Source: Gaiellales bacterium
GTDB taxonomy: Bacteria > Actinomycetota > Thermoleophilia > Gaiellales > JAICJC01
Assembly: GCA_045806525.1 (NCBI GenBank)
Contig: JBJMJD010000079.1
Coordinates: 2,503 to 66,502, forward strand
DNA length: 64,000 bases
Direction of reading: 5' to 3'
Position numbers and translations under genes: made by a program. The notes under the pieces are model-generated. The model saw only the letters and a list, made by a program, of their open reading frames with translations, did not search any database and was not told where the DNA came from. Below, piece by piece: positions 1 through 8,593 of the stretch. The first letter of the stretch is position 1. Each line of letters begins with the position of its first letter.

Positions 1-492
1 ATGCACGCCTGGGAGGTGCTGGCGGGGGCGGACACCGGCCGGCGCGTGACGATCTGCGACTGGGGCGGCGACTGGACGGGACTGGTGCTGGCCGAGCAGC
101 TGGCGCAGGGCGGCCGCCAGGTGCGCCTGGTCACCAGCGCCATCGCCTTCGGTGAGGCCGTGCACCAGTACCAGCGCAACCTGTACCTGGCGCGGATGGA
201 CGAGGCGGGGATCGACCTGGTGCACCACCTGCGTCTGACGGCGTGGGACGGGTCGAGCGCCACCTTCCGCAACGTGTTCTCCGAACGCGAGCACGTGCTG
301 GACGGAATCGACACGCTGGTCGTGAACGACGGGCGCAGCGCCTGCGGCGTCCGGCTGTTCGCCGCCCTGCAGGACGCCGGCGCGGACGTGGTGCGGGTCG
401 GCGACGCACTCGGCCCGCGGTCGTTCGAGGAGGCGATCCGCGAGGGCACCGAGGCCGGGTTGGCCGACCTGCACGCGCCGGTCGTCGCCTGA
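1..492 (+). CDS. C-terminal fragment (5' end outside window) of an FAD/NAD(P)-binding oxidoreductase, of the 2,4-dienoyl-CoA reductase / NADH:flavin oxidoreductase C-terminal-domain type
   Basis: Open from base 1 to the stop at 490-492. Rossmann-like stretch VTICDWGGDWTGLVLAEQLAQGGRQVRLV and tail VGDALGPRSFEEAIREG resemble the NAD(P)-binding half of this family. Confidence 0.5.
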   Translation: MHAWEVLAGADTGRRVTICDWGGDWTGLVLAEQLAQGGRQVRLVTSAIAFGEAVHQYQRNLYLARMDEAGIDLVHHLRLTAWDGSSATFRNVFSEREHVLDGIDTLVVNDGRSACGVRLFAALQDAGADVVRVGDALGPRSFEEAIREGTEAGLADLHAPVVA

Positions 493-562
493 CGCGCCCA
501 TCGGCACACATCCGTGACGAGGTGTCACCCACCCGCCACACCGCGATGCGTAGGTTGGCGCC

Positions 563-1342
563 GTGGGCGAGCGAGCGCAGGCAACCGTCGAGTACGCCGG
601 CGCCGGCCTGCTGGTGCTGGCGCTGCTGCTGGTCGGCACCGCTGCGGCGCGCGCCCGCCTGACCTCCCCCACCCCCGGCGACGCCGCCTACCTTGAGCTG
701 GCCGCGCGCGAGGCGCCACGGTTCGTTGCCGAACGCGGCGACGGCGAGCACCCGGTCGACTTCCGCCGTTGCCGCGACCGCGCCTGCGCACGATCGGGAC
801 GGCCGGTGCTCTACGTCCACGGACTGCGTCGCGGCGGCTTCGCCTACCTCGAGTACTGGGAGTACCTGCCCGACTCGCGCACAGCTCACACCCACATCCC
901 GGCGTTTGACGGCGACCACCGCGACGACTGGGAGGGCGTCATCGTCAAGCTGCGCGACGACGGAACGGTGGTCGGCGCACGGGCGTCGGCGCACCTCGGG
1001 TGGAACGGCCGCCACCCCTGGTGGGAGCTGCGCAACGGCGACTGGGCGGAGTACCCGGCGACCGTGTACCGGGCGTCGGGCAGCCACGCCGGGTCGCTGC
1101 GGCAGGCGGGCATCGACCTGGCCGGCGACCGCTGGGACGGGTCGCTGCCGCAGCAGCCGCCACAGCTGCTGCCGGCCGACCAGGCCCGGCGCGGAGCACC
1201 CGCCTTCGATCCCGGCGCCACGCCGCCCTGGGCCAAGCAGGTCTGGTCGGACCCCGAGGCGGTCACCACCGGCCCGCCCGGCTCGCGGGCCACCTACGCC
1301 CGCTACGCGCGCTGGTGGTCGGACGTGTGCCTGCTGTGCTGA
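563..1342 (+). CDS. Pilin-like protein: Flp/TadE-type N-terminus plus an unassigned ~220-aa C-terminal domain
   Basis: GTG start. N-terminus MGERA|QATVEYAGAGLLVLALLLVG has the xxxxEY motif (Glu at +5) followed by a hydrophobic helix, as in class-III pilin signals. TAGGTT lies 6 nt upstream of the GTG, which suggests a leaderless -10. Confidence 0.55.
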   Translation: MGERAQATVEYAGAGLLVLALLLVGTAAARARLTSPTPGDAAYLELAAREAPRFVAERGDGEHPVDFRRCRDRACARSGRPVLYVHGLRRGGFAYLEYWEYLPDSRTAHTHIPAFDGDHRDDWEGVIVKLRDDGTVVGARASAHLGWNGRHPWWELRNGDWAEYPATVYRASGSHAGSLRQAGIDLAGDRWDGSLPQQPPQLLPADQARRGAPAFDPGATPPWAKQVWSDPEAVTTGPPGSRATYARYARWWSDVCLLC

Positions 1343-1392
1343 CTGTGCGGGTGGGATTCAGAGATTTCGCCGATCGGCCGATACCAGGGACG

Positions 1393-2139
1393 ATGTATCC
1401 CGCACAGCCCAGCGAGCTCCTGCGCTCCGCCCTCAGCCTGCTTCCGCCGCTGCCCTGCTCGGTCGAGGTGCTGTCGCCCGAGGGCGGCTCCATCTCGCTG
1501 ACGCTGGCCGCGGTCGAGGGCAACCTCGTCTACGCCTACGGCGCGCGCAAGCTGGTGCGCGACGACCTCGTGCTCGAGGCGCGGCTGCGCGATGACCGCG
1601 GCGAGGGTTGGGACATCCACTTCTCAATCCTGCGCTCGTACTTCCAGTCGGGCGACGACCTGCTGCTGCACCTGAACGTCGTCTCGGTCGAGCCGCGCAG
1701 CGCCACCCGCCTGGCGGCCCGCGCCCACCTCGCCGAGCTGGCCACGGCCCGCGTGCTCTACGCCCACTCCTACGAGCGGGCCGAGCTGTTCGACGTCCGC
1801 CTGGCGGACGCGTCTCCCACCGGCGCAGCCTTCGTCACCGAGCGCCGGCTGGCGGCCGGCGACCTGCTCGAGCTGGAGACCTCCATCGAGGACCAGCTGG
1901 TTCGGTTCGAGGTGCGCGTCGTGCACACCGGCCCCGCCGTCTACGGCCGCAACCGCGTCGGCAGCGAGATCACGACCATCCTCGAGGCTGACCGGCACCT
2001 GCTGCTGCGCCTGGCCGAGCGCTACCAGCGCGACGACTCCGCCGAGCAGCGAGACCCCGACCTGGCCGTGCTGCGCACTGCCGCCCGCACCCAGCAGTCG
2101 CTCAACCGCCGCCGCGCGCCCCGCAAAGACTCTCGCTAA
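1393..2139 (+). CDS. Two-domain PilZ (c-di-GMP receptor) protein, paralog 1
   Basis: In frame with track ORF 1000..2139. The ATG at 1393 follows AGGGA and aligns with the paralog's N-terminus. PilZ motifs RxxxR (PRSATR) and DxSxxG (DASPTG) are present. Confidence 0.75.
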   Translation: MYPAQPSELLRSALSLLPPLPCSVEVLSPEGGSISLTLAAVEGNLVYAYGARKLVRDDLVLEARLRDDRGEGWDIHFSILRSYFQSGDDLLLHLNVVSVEPRSATRLAARAHLAELATARVLYAHSYERAELFDVRLADASPTGAAFVTERRLAAGDLLELETSIEDQLVRFEVRVVHTGPAVYGRNRVGSEITTILEADRHLLLRLAERYQRDDSAEQRDPDLAVLRTAARTQQSLNRRRAPRKDSR

Positions 2140-2140
2140 C

Positions 2141-2560
2141 TTAGTTCAGGTCGGGCCGCAGCGGTTCGAGCGCGATCGCAGCGCTGTCGGGCAGCGCCTC
2201 GATCGGCGCCCACACCGTGTGCTCGCCGCAGCCCGGGCAGCGCGTCGGCTCAACCGGGTAGCGGTCGGGCAGCGCCAGCTCCTCGCGCACCAGCCGCGTC
2301 TCCACGTCGAACGCCGCCTGACCCGTGCGGGCGGCGATCCCGGCGGCGCGCTGGTGCACCCTGCCGGCGTCATAGCCGATGGTGATGCGAGCGCCGCAGT
2401 AGCCGCACAGCGCCATCCGCGAGACCGGCGCGCTGCCCTGCGCTGCGTGCGCCTGGTCGCCCAGCTTGGCAGCCTTCCAGATCACGTAGAACAAGCCAAT
2501 CAACGGCAGCTTCAGGCCAACGGCAAGAAACATCACCACCCAGAAGTCTGCGTGATTCAC
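2141..2560 (-). CDS. Small membrane protein with a C-terminal CxxC...CxxC zinc-ribbon-like domain
   Basis: 139 aa. N-terminal TM helix FWVVMFLAVGLKLPLIGLFYVIW, then CGYC...CPGC. The stop lies 1 nt from the convergent PilZ-1 stop, and the gene is divergent from PilZ-2. Confidence 0.55.
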   Translation of the reverse strand: MNHADFWVVMFLAVGLKLPLIGLFYVIWKAAKLGDQAHAAQGSAPVSRMALCGYCGARITIGYDAGRVHQRAAGIAARTGQAAFDVETRLVREELALPDRYPVEPTRCPGCGEHTVWAPIEALPDSAAIALEPLRPDLN

Positions 2561-2643
2561 GGTCGGGTGTAGCGTACTGCACGGGCCCGGTGCGTGAAAG
2601 CGCCTACAGGTGTTACCCCTCCCCGCCGATTATGGGTGCGAAC

Positions 2644-3396
2644 ATGTCAGAACCCACTCGGGAAGAGCTGCTCACTCTGGCTCTCGGCGTCCTGCCGGAG
2701 CTGCCGGAGACCGTCGACGTCCTGTCGGAGGACGGCGGCTGCTTTCCCGTCACGCTCTCGGAGCGCGAGGAGGACCTGCTGCTGGGCTACGCGCCGCGGG
2801 GAGCCATCCGCGACGACCTGCACCTGCTGGCCCGCCTCTACCACCCCGGCCGCGGCCGCTACGAGGTCGAGTTCGAGGTGGTCGAGCACTTCTTCCACAG
2901 CATCCCCCAGGCGCAGGTGCACCTGGCCGTGAGCGGCGTCCGCCATCGAAAGGCCCGCCGCGCGTCGCCACGCGTCGCCGTCTCGACATCGGCAACGGCC
3001 CGGATCACCTACTGCCGCTCGCTGCCGCGCGACACCGAGCTCGAGGTGCGCCTGGTCGACATCTCGGCCACCGGCTGCGCGTTCGTGACCCAGAAGGAGC
3101 TGGCAACCGGTGACCTGGTACGTGTGCAGGCCGTGCTTTCCGGCCGCCCCATCGACCTCGAGGCGCGCGTCGTCCGCATCGATCCGGCACCCTACGAGCG
3201 CTACCGGGCGGGCTGCGAGATCACCGAGATCTCTGACCTTTCGCGCAGGACCATCTCGGCCCTGGCCGCGCAGAGCGCCGAGAGCGGTTCCGAGGACCAG
3301 CGCAACCCGGAGGAGGCCGCGGCCCGGGCCGAGAGCCGGGCGGCGAGCACGGCGCTGTCGGCCCGGCTCGGCCCGGCAGCGATCGAGGACGAATAG
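2644..3396 (+). CDS. Two-domain PilZ (c-di-GMP receptor) protein, paralog 2
   Basis: ATG at 2644 within track ORF 2590..3396. RRASPR (RxxxR) and DISATG (DxSxxG) are present. The N-terminal domain and the acidic QRNPEE tail are shared with 1393-2139. Confidence 0.8.
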   Translation: MSEPTREELLTLALGVLPELPETVDVLSEDGGCFPVTLSEREEDLLLGYAPRGAIRDDLHLLARLYHPGRGRYEVEFEVVEHFFHSIPQAQVHLAVSGVRHRKARRASPRVAVSTSATARITYCRSLPRDTELEVRLVDISATGCAFVTQKELATGDLVRVQAVLSGRPIDLEARVVRIDPAPYERYRAGCEITEISDLSRRTISALAAQSAESGSEDQRNPEEAAARAESRAASTALSARLGPAAIEDE

Positions 3397-3497
3397 CGCT
3401 CACGATTTCGGGTGATACCGGAACCTGTCGCGCGCGTCGATACCTGACATACCGCACGAGGGGTCGTGCGCCGGAACCGTCTTGGAAGGGGTCCTTG

Positions 3498-3668
3498 GTG
3501 TACCGGAACTTCAACAGCGAGCGTGGCAGCGTCGCCACGGAGATCTCTCAGGGACTCGTGTATGTCGCAGTCCTGGCGATCGTCGGTCTCTGGGTGATCG
3601 CGCATCTCGAGGGCGTCTCGTTCGGGGTGCTGCTCGACCAGCTGCGCAACGGCACGCAGAGCCACTGA
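3498..3668 (+). CDS. 56-codon Flp-like small membrane protein (below the ORF-track size cutoff)
   Basis: GTG at 3498 preceded by GGAAGGGG (3485-3492). Translation is VYRNFNSERG|SVATEISQGLVYVAVLAIVGLWVIAHLEGVSFGVLLDQLRNGTQSH, with Gly then Glu at +5 then a hydrophobic helix. TGA at 3666-3668. Confidence 0.4.
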   Translation: MYRNFNSERGSVATEISQGLVYVAVLAIVGLWVIAHLEGVSFGVLLDQLRNGTQSH

Positions 3669-3697
3669 CCGAAGCGTAAGCCCACATGCCAGCGGCA

Positions 3698-3761
3698 GTG
3701 CTCGTCTCGGGGATGACTGTGATCAGCCGTTGTATCGCACGAGATTCCCGAGACGGAGCAC
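3698..3761 (+). other. Long imperfect stem-loop in the ABC-exporter leader
   Basis: GTGCTCGTCTCGGG (3698-3711) pairs with CCCGAGACGGAGCAC (3747-3761), with one bulge and a 35-nt loop. It ends 12 nt before the ATG at 3774. Confidence 0.35.
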
Positions 3762-3773
3762 TAGGCTGGTCGT

Positions 3774-5552
3774 ATGAGGACCTTTCGCCGCCTGCTCGGC
3801 TTTCTCGGCCCCTACCGGGGTGAGGTGATCATCACCGCGGTGCTGGCCGCGGGCACCCAGGCGGCCGGGCTGCTGATCCCCTACCTGACAGGGAAGGTGA
3901 TCGACGCGGCGCAGGCGGGCGACAGCCGCTCGCAGATCTACACCTACTCGCTGCTGATCATCGCCGCGGGCGCGGTCAAGGGCGTGATGATGCTGTTCCG
4001 GCGGTGGCTGGCCGGCAGGCTCTCGCTGGCCGTCGAGTACGACCTGCGAAACCGCATGTACGGGCACATGCAGCGGCTCTCCTACCGCTTCTTCGACCGC
4101 CACCAGACCGGTCAGCTGATGTCGCGGGCCACGGTCGACGTGCAGGCGGTGCGGGTGTTCCTCGGCTACGGCCTGATCTTCTTCTCCCAGCACGTGTTCA
4201 CGGTGGTCAGCGTGCTGGTGGTGATGACCCTGATCAGCGTGCAGCTGACGCTGATCGCGCTTGCGATCACGCCGGTGCTGGCGACCATGGCCTACCGCTA
4301 CTCGCGGGTCAGCCACCCGGTGCTGAAGGAGGTCCAGCAGCGGGTCGCCGACGTCACCACCCGGGCCGAGGAGAACGTCGTGGGCGTGCGCGTGGTCAAG
4401 GCGTTCGCGCAGGAACAGAACGAGTCTGATCGCTTCCGGGCGGGATCGGAGCGGATCTTCCGCCAGGCGCTGCGCGCAGCCCGCTTGCAGGCCGCCTACG
4501 TGCCGGCCATGACGGCGCTGCCGAGCGTCGCCATCGCCGGGGTGATGCTGGTGGGCGGCTATCAGGTCGTGCACGGCCAGCTGACGCTGGGCCAGTTCTT
4601 CGCCGTGAACGCCTATCTGGCGCTGCTGGTGCTGCCGCTGCGGGCGATCGGGATGTGGGTCGGCCAGTACCAGCGGGCGATGGCGTCCGGCGAGCGCGTG
4701 TTCGAGGTGCTCGACGAGGAGCGCGACATCGTCGAGCGGCCGGACGCGCGCCCGCTGCCCGACGGTCCCGGCGTGCTGCGGTTCGAGCGCGTCGGGTTCG
4801 GCTACGACCGCGAGCGGCCGGTGCTGTCGGAGATCGACCTCGAGATCCCGGCCGGCGAGACGATCGCGCTGATCGGGCCCACCGGCTGCGGCAAGACCAC
4901 CCTCACCACCCTGATCCCGCGCTTCTACGACGTCGACCGGGGCCGGGTGCTGCTGGACGGCGCCGACGTGCGGGAGCTGACGCTCGACTCGCTGCGCGCC
5001 CAGATCGGCATCGTCAGCCAGGACACGTTCCTGTTCTCGACCACCGTGGCCGAGAACATCGCCTACGGCGCGCCGGCGGCCACACCCGAGCAGATCGTGA
5101 CGGCGGCGATCCGGGCCCAGGCTCACGAGTTCATCAGCGATCTGCCCGACGGCTACGACACGCGCGTGGGCGAGCGCGGCCTGTCGCTTTCGGGCGGCCA
5201 GCGCCAGCGGATCGCGATCGCCCGCGCGCTGCTGATGGACCCCCGGGTGCTGATCCTGGACGACGCCACCGCGTCCGTCGACGCCAACACCGAGGCCCGG
5301 ATCAAGCTGGCGCTGCGCGAGGTGATGCAGGGCCGCACCACCCTGATCATCGCGCACCGGCTGTCGACCATCTCGCTCGCCACGCACGTGGTGGTGCTCG
5401 ACCACGGCCGGATCGTCGCTCAGGGCGAGCACGCCGCGCTGCTCGACCAGAGCCCGGTCTACCAGGAGATCTACAACCACGGCCTGGTCGAGCGGACGTT
5501 CGTACAGCTCGACCCGGACGGCGCGCCGATCGAGAAGGAGGACGTGGCGTGA
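3774..5552 (+). CDS. ABC exporter, fused permease/ATPase subunit (MdlA/multidrug-type)
   Basis: 592 aa. Six-TM N-terminal half. Walker [10 protein letters not shown], signature LSGGQRQR, Walker B LILDDATS. Confidence 0.9.
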   Translation: MRTFRRLLGFLGPYRGEVIITAVLAAGTQAAGLLIPYLTGKVIDAAQAGDSRSQIYTYSLLIIAAGAVKGVMMLFRRWLAGRLSLAVEYDLRNRMYGHMQRLSYRFFDRHQTGQLMSRATVDVQAVRVFLGYGLIFFSQHVFTVVSVLVVMTLISVQLTLIALAITPVLATMAYRYSRVSHPVLKEVQQRVADVTTRAEENVVGVRVVKAFAQEQNESDRFRAGSERIFRQALRAARLQAAYVPAMTALPSVAIAGVMLVGGYQVVHGQLTLGQFFAVNAYLALLVLPLRAIGMWVGQYQRAMASGERVFEVLDEERDIVERPDARPLPDGPGVLRFERVGFGYDRERPVLSEIDLEIPAGETIALIGPTGCGKTTLTTLIPRFYDVDRGRVLLDGADVRELTLDSLRAQIGIVSQDTFLFSTTVAENIAYGAPAATPEQIVTAAIRAQAHEFISDLPDGYDTRVGERGLSLSGGQRQRIAIARALLMDPRVLILDDATASVDANTEARIKLALREVMQGRTTLIIAHRLSTISLATHVVVLDHGRIVAQGEHAALLDQSPVYQEIYNHGLVERTFVQLDPDGAPIEKEDVA

Positions 5553-7342
5553 GGCCGACCTCGTTCGGCGGCCACATCAGCGCACGCGGCGCCGCCTCGA
5601 GCGGCCTCGGGCTGCGCCGCACGTACCGCCGGGTGAGCCAGCTGGTGCGCTACACGTGGCCGCACAAGCTGCGGGCGCTGACTGCCATCGCCGCGCTGCT
5701 GGGCGTGACCGCGACCACGATCGGCGGTCCGCTGATGGCCAAGCAGGCGATCGACCGTGGCATCACGCCCGGCGACTTCGGCCAGGTGGAGCTGTGGGTG
5801 GCCGTGTACCTGCTGGTGGCGCTGCTGGGCTGGGTGTTCGCGGTTGTGCAGAGCTACCTGACCACATGGGTCGGCGAGCGGGTGCTCTCGGACCTGCGAA
5901 GCGACCTGTTCACCCACGTGCAGACGCTCGACCTGGGGTACTTCGAGCGCACCCGCGCGGGCGTGGTGATCTCGCGTCTGACCAACGACATCGAGGCCCT
6001 GAACACGCTCGTCACGGACGGCCCCACCACGCTCGTCCAGAACTCGATCACGCTGGCCGGCTCGGCCGTCGTGCTGCTGATCCTGGACTGGAAGCTGGCC
6101 CTGGCCACGCTGGTCGTGTTCCCCGGGATGGCGATCGCGACCGGCATCTACCGGCACTACTCGGCGATCGCCTACCGGCAGACGCGCGAGCGGCTGGGCG
6201 AGGTCACGGCCAACCTGCAGGAGGACATCTCGGGCGTGCGGGTGGTGCAGGCGTTCCGGCGCGAGGCGTCCAACTACCGCAGCTTCGTCGGGGTGAACGA
6301 CTCCTACCGGGAGGCCAACCAGCAGACGGTCACCGTCAGCGCCATCTACTTCCCGTTCGTCGACCTGCTTTCGGCGACGGCGATGGCGATCGTGCTCGGC
6401 TACGGCGGCGTGCGCGTGCTGGAGGGCGATCTCAGCGCCGGCGCGCTGTTCGTGTTCATCGGCCTGCTCACCAACTTCTTCGACCCGGTGCAGCAGCTGT
6501 CGCAGTTCTACCAGACGTTCCTGGCCGGCACGGCTGCGCTGGACAAGGTGTTCGAGGTGCTGGAGACCGAGCCGCAGATGCAGGACGCGCCGGAGGCTGA
6601 GGACGTGCCCGAGATCTGGGGCCGGGTGCAGTTCGAGGACGTCCGCTTCGCCTACCGCGAGGACACGGCCGAGGTGCTGCACGGCATCTCGTTCGAGGTC
6701 GAGGCCGGTCAGACGGTGGCGCTGGTCGGCCACACCGGGGCCGGCAAGTCGACGATCGTGAAGCTGCTGGCGCGGTTCTACGACCCGACCGGGGGGCGCA
6801 TCCTGATCGACGGCCGCGACGTCCGCGACGTGACGGTTCGGTCGCTGCGCCGCAAGCTCGGGATCGTGCCGCAGGAGGCGTTCCTGTTCGCGGGGTCGGT
6901 GCGCGACAACATCGCATTCGGCCGTCCGGATGCCTCGTTCGAGGATGTCGTGGCGGCGGCTACCGCGGTGGGAGCGGACGGGTTCATCCGCGAGCTGCCG
7001 AACGGGTACGACGAGGAGATCGAGGAGCGCGGAGGGCGGCTCTCGATCGGGCAGCGCCAGCTGGTGGCGTTCGCACGGGCGCTGCTGGCGAACCCACACC
7101 TGCTGATCCTGGACGAGGCGACGTCCAGTGTGGACATCCCGACCGAGGCCAGGATCGAGCAGGCGCTGGACACGTTGCTGCAGCACCGCACGTCGTTCGT
7201 GGTCGCGCACCGGTTGAGCACGATCCGCCGCGCCGACCTGATCATCGTGCTCGAGCACGGTGAGGTGATCGAGACGGGGACGCACGAGCAGCTGATCGCG
7301 CTGCGGGGGCGCTACTTCGCGCTGTACGACGACTGGGTCTGA
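5549..7342 (+). CDS. ABC exporter, fused permease/ATPase subunit (MdlB-type partner)
   Basis: GTG at 5549 overlaps the upstream stop (GTGA). Walker A GHTGAGKST, signature LSIGQRQL, Walker B LILDEATS. The track ORF 4655..7342 N-terminal extension is rejected. Confidence 0.9.
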   Translation: MRPTSFGGHISARGAASSGLGLRRTYRRVSQLVRYTWPHKLRALTAIAALLGVTATTIGGPLMAKQAIDRGITPGDFGQVELWVAVYLLVALLGWVFAVVQSYLTTWVGERVLSDLRSDLFTHVQTLDLGYFERTRAGVVISRLTNDIEALNTLVTDGPTTLVQNSITLAGSAVVLLILDWKLALATLVVFPGMAIATGIYRHYSAIAYRQTRERLGEVTANLQEDISGVRVVQAFRREASNYRSFVGVNDSYREANQQTVTVSAIYFPFVDLLSATAMAIVLGYGGVRVLEGDLSAGALFVFIGLLTNFFDPVQQLSQFYQTFLAGTAALDKVFEVLETEPQMQDAPEAEDVPEIWGRVQFEDVRFAYREDTAEVLHGISFEVEAGQTVALVGHTGAGKSTIVKLLARFYDPTGGRILIDGRDVRDVTVRSLRRKLGIVPQEAFLFAGSVRDNIAFGRPDASFEDVVAAATAVGADGFIRELPNGYDEEIEERGGRLSIGQRQLVAFARALLANPHLLILDEATSSVDIPTEARIEQALDTLLQHRTSFVVAHRLSTIRRADLIIVLEHGEVIETGTHEQLIALRGRYFALYDDWV

Positions 7343-7344
7343 CA

Positions 7345-7367
7345 GGCCGAGGGTCTGACCCTCAGCC
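7345..7367 (+). terminator. Stem-loop after the ABC operon
   Basis: GGCCGAGGGT-CTG-ACCCTCAGCC lies 3 nt after the stop at 7342. There is no clear U-tract. Confidence 0.35.
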
Positions 7368-7430
7368 TTCTCTGCCGTGTAATCATTTTCACTCAAGGCA
7401 ACTTGTACATTGTCCGATATACGCGGCAGC

Positions 7431-8564
7431 ATGGGTCGTCTGCGTATGTTCCTCGCTCTGGCCGTGCTCGCCTGCATGATCCCTGTGCAGGCGAGCGCGG
7501 CCTCCACCACCACGGTGCCTGACGTGCCGGCATCGTTCTGGGCGCACGCCCAGATCGTGTGGTCCGTGAACGCGGGATGGGTGAATCTCCACACGAACGG
7601 CAACTTCGCCCCGTCCCGCAACGCCACCCGCGCGGTGGCGGCGCGGGTGCTGGCAAGCCTGAACAAGCAGCAGCACGGCGTCGCGATCGGCGACGATCCG
7701 TTCCAGCAGGCCGTCGACGGCGGCTGGATCGGCCGGGGCGGGGGCCCGGCGTCGACGCTGACGCAGCTGGAGTTCGACCGCGGCATCGTGCGCGTGATGG
7801 GCCTCAAGAAGGCTTCCACCCGGCTGCGGCAGATCACGGCCGCCGACGGGTGGAAGCCGAAGCTCCCGGTTGGCTTCGCCGCCGAGCAGATCGTGCGCGA
7901 CATCGGCGCCCGCTGGAACGTCCCATTCGGCGCCGACAACTGGGAGACCTGGCCGAGCTCGACGCTGAGGCGCGCAAACCTGGCGGTGCAGGCGTACCTG
8001 CTGGGCCATCTGCCGGCCTACTGGCAGTACTCCGTGGACACGCAGTTGAACGTGGTGCACGCGCTGCCGAAGTACCCGCCGCTAAAGAAGGCCGTGCTCG
8101 GCTATGCGCTGACGTGGGCGGGCGCCCCGTACATCTGGGGCGGCAGCTCCGACCAGCCACAGGACCCGTTCGGGCTCCCCGCTGCGGCCGGCTTCGACTG
8201 CTCGGGATTCGTGTGGTGGGTGATGAAGCGCGCCTACGCGGTGCCGGGAACGACCTGGGACGGCACCGCGAAGATCCCGTGGCGCACCACGTACGACATG
8301 GCCGCGCATCTCCCGGTTGCAAAGCGCATCCCCTACAAGAACCTGAAGCCCGGCGACATCCTGTTTTGGAGCAGCAGCGCACCGCACGGCGTGCTGACCA
8401 GCTCGGGCGCCGTCGACCACACGGGCATCTACCTCGGCAAGGGCTGGACGATCAACAGCCACGGCAGCGGCGCGGGCGTCACCATCAACTACATGGGCGC
8501 GGGCGCCGGCTGGTACCGCGACAACTTCGTGTTCGGCTGGCGGATCATGCCCGTCGGCGTCTGA
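7431..8564 (+). CDS. Secreted NlpC/P60 (C40) peptidoglycan hydrolase with an N-terminal SLH-like module
   Basis: Signal peptide MGRLRMFLALAVLACMIPVQASA. SLH-like VPDVPASFWAHAQIVW...FAPSRNATRAVAARVL. C40 core GAPYIWGG...GFDCSGFVWW...DHTGIYLG. Confidence 0.8.
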   Translation: MGRLRMFLALAVLACMIPVQASAASTTTVPDVPASFWAHAQIVWSVNAGWVNLHTNGNFAPSRNATRAVAARVLASLNKQQHGVAIGDDPFQQAVDGGWIGRGGGPASTLTQLEFDRGIVRVMGLKKASTRLRQITAADGWKPKLPVGFAAEQIVRDIGARWNVPFGADNWETWPSSTLRRANLAVQAYLLGHLPAYWQYSVDTQLNVVHALPKYPPLKKAVLGYALTWAGAPYIWGGSSDQPQDPFGLPAAAGFDCSGFVWWVMKRAYAVPGTTWDGTAKIPWRTTYDMAAHLPVAKRIPYKNLKPGDILFWSSSAPHGVLTSSGAVDHTGIYLGKGWTINSHGSGAGVTINYMGAGAGWYRDNFVFGWRIMPVGV

Positions 8565-8593
8565 GCAGCACGGCGCGGTAGGCTGCGCTCGCG

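Noticed and set aside
3723-7939. Very long minus-strand ORFs (3723..5480, 585 aa; 5471..7939, 822 aa) lie antisense to the ABC exporter genes. Similar long alternate-frame ORFs occur throughout, e.g. 131..1087, 14483..16552, 21032..22549, 29422..31056, 33914..35086, 42203..43588, 44754..46229, 46442..48058, 54292..55629 and 60616..62409.
   Set aside because: Their products are Arg/Pro/Ala/Gly/His-rich low-complexity strings with no motifs. Each lies opposite or out of frame to a gene with clear family signatures. Stop-poor alternate frames are expected at about 70% GC.
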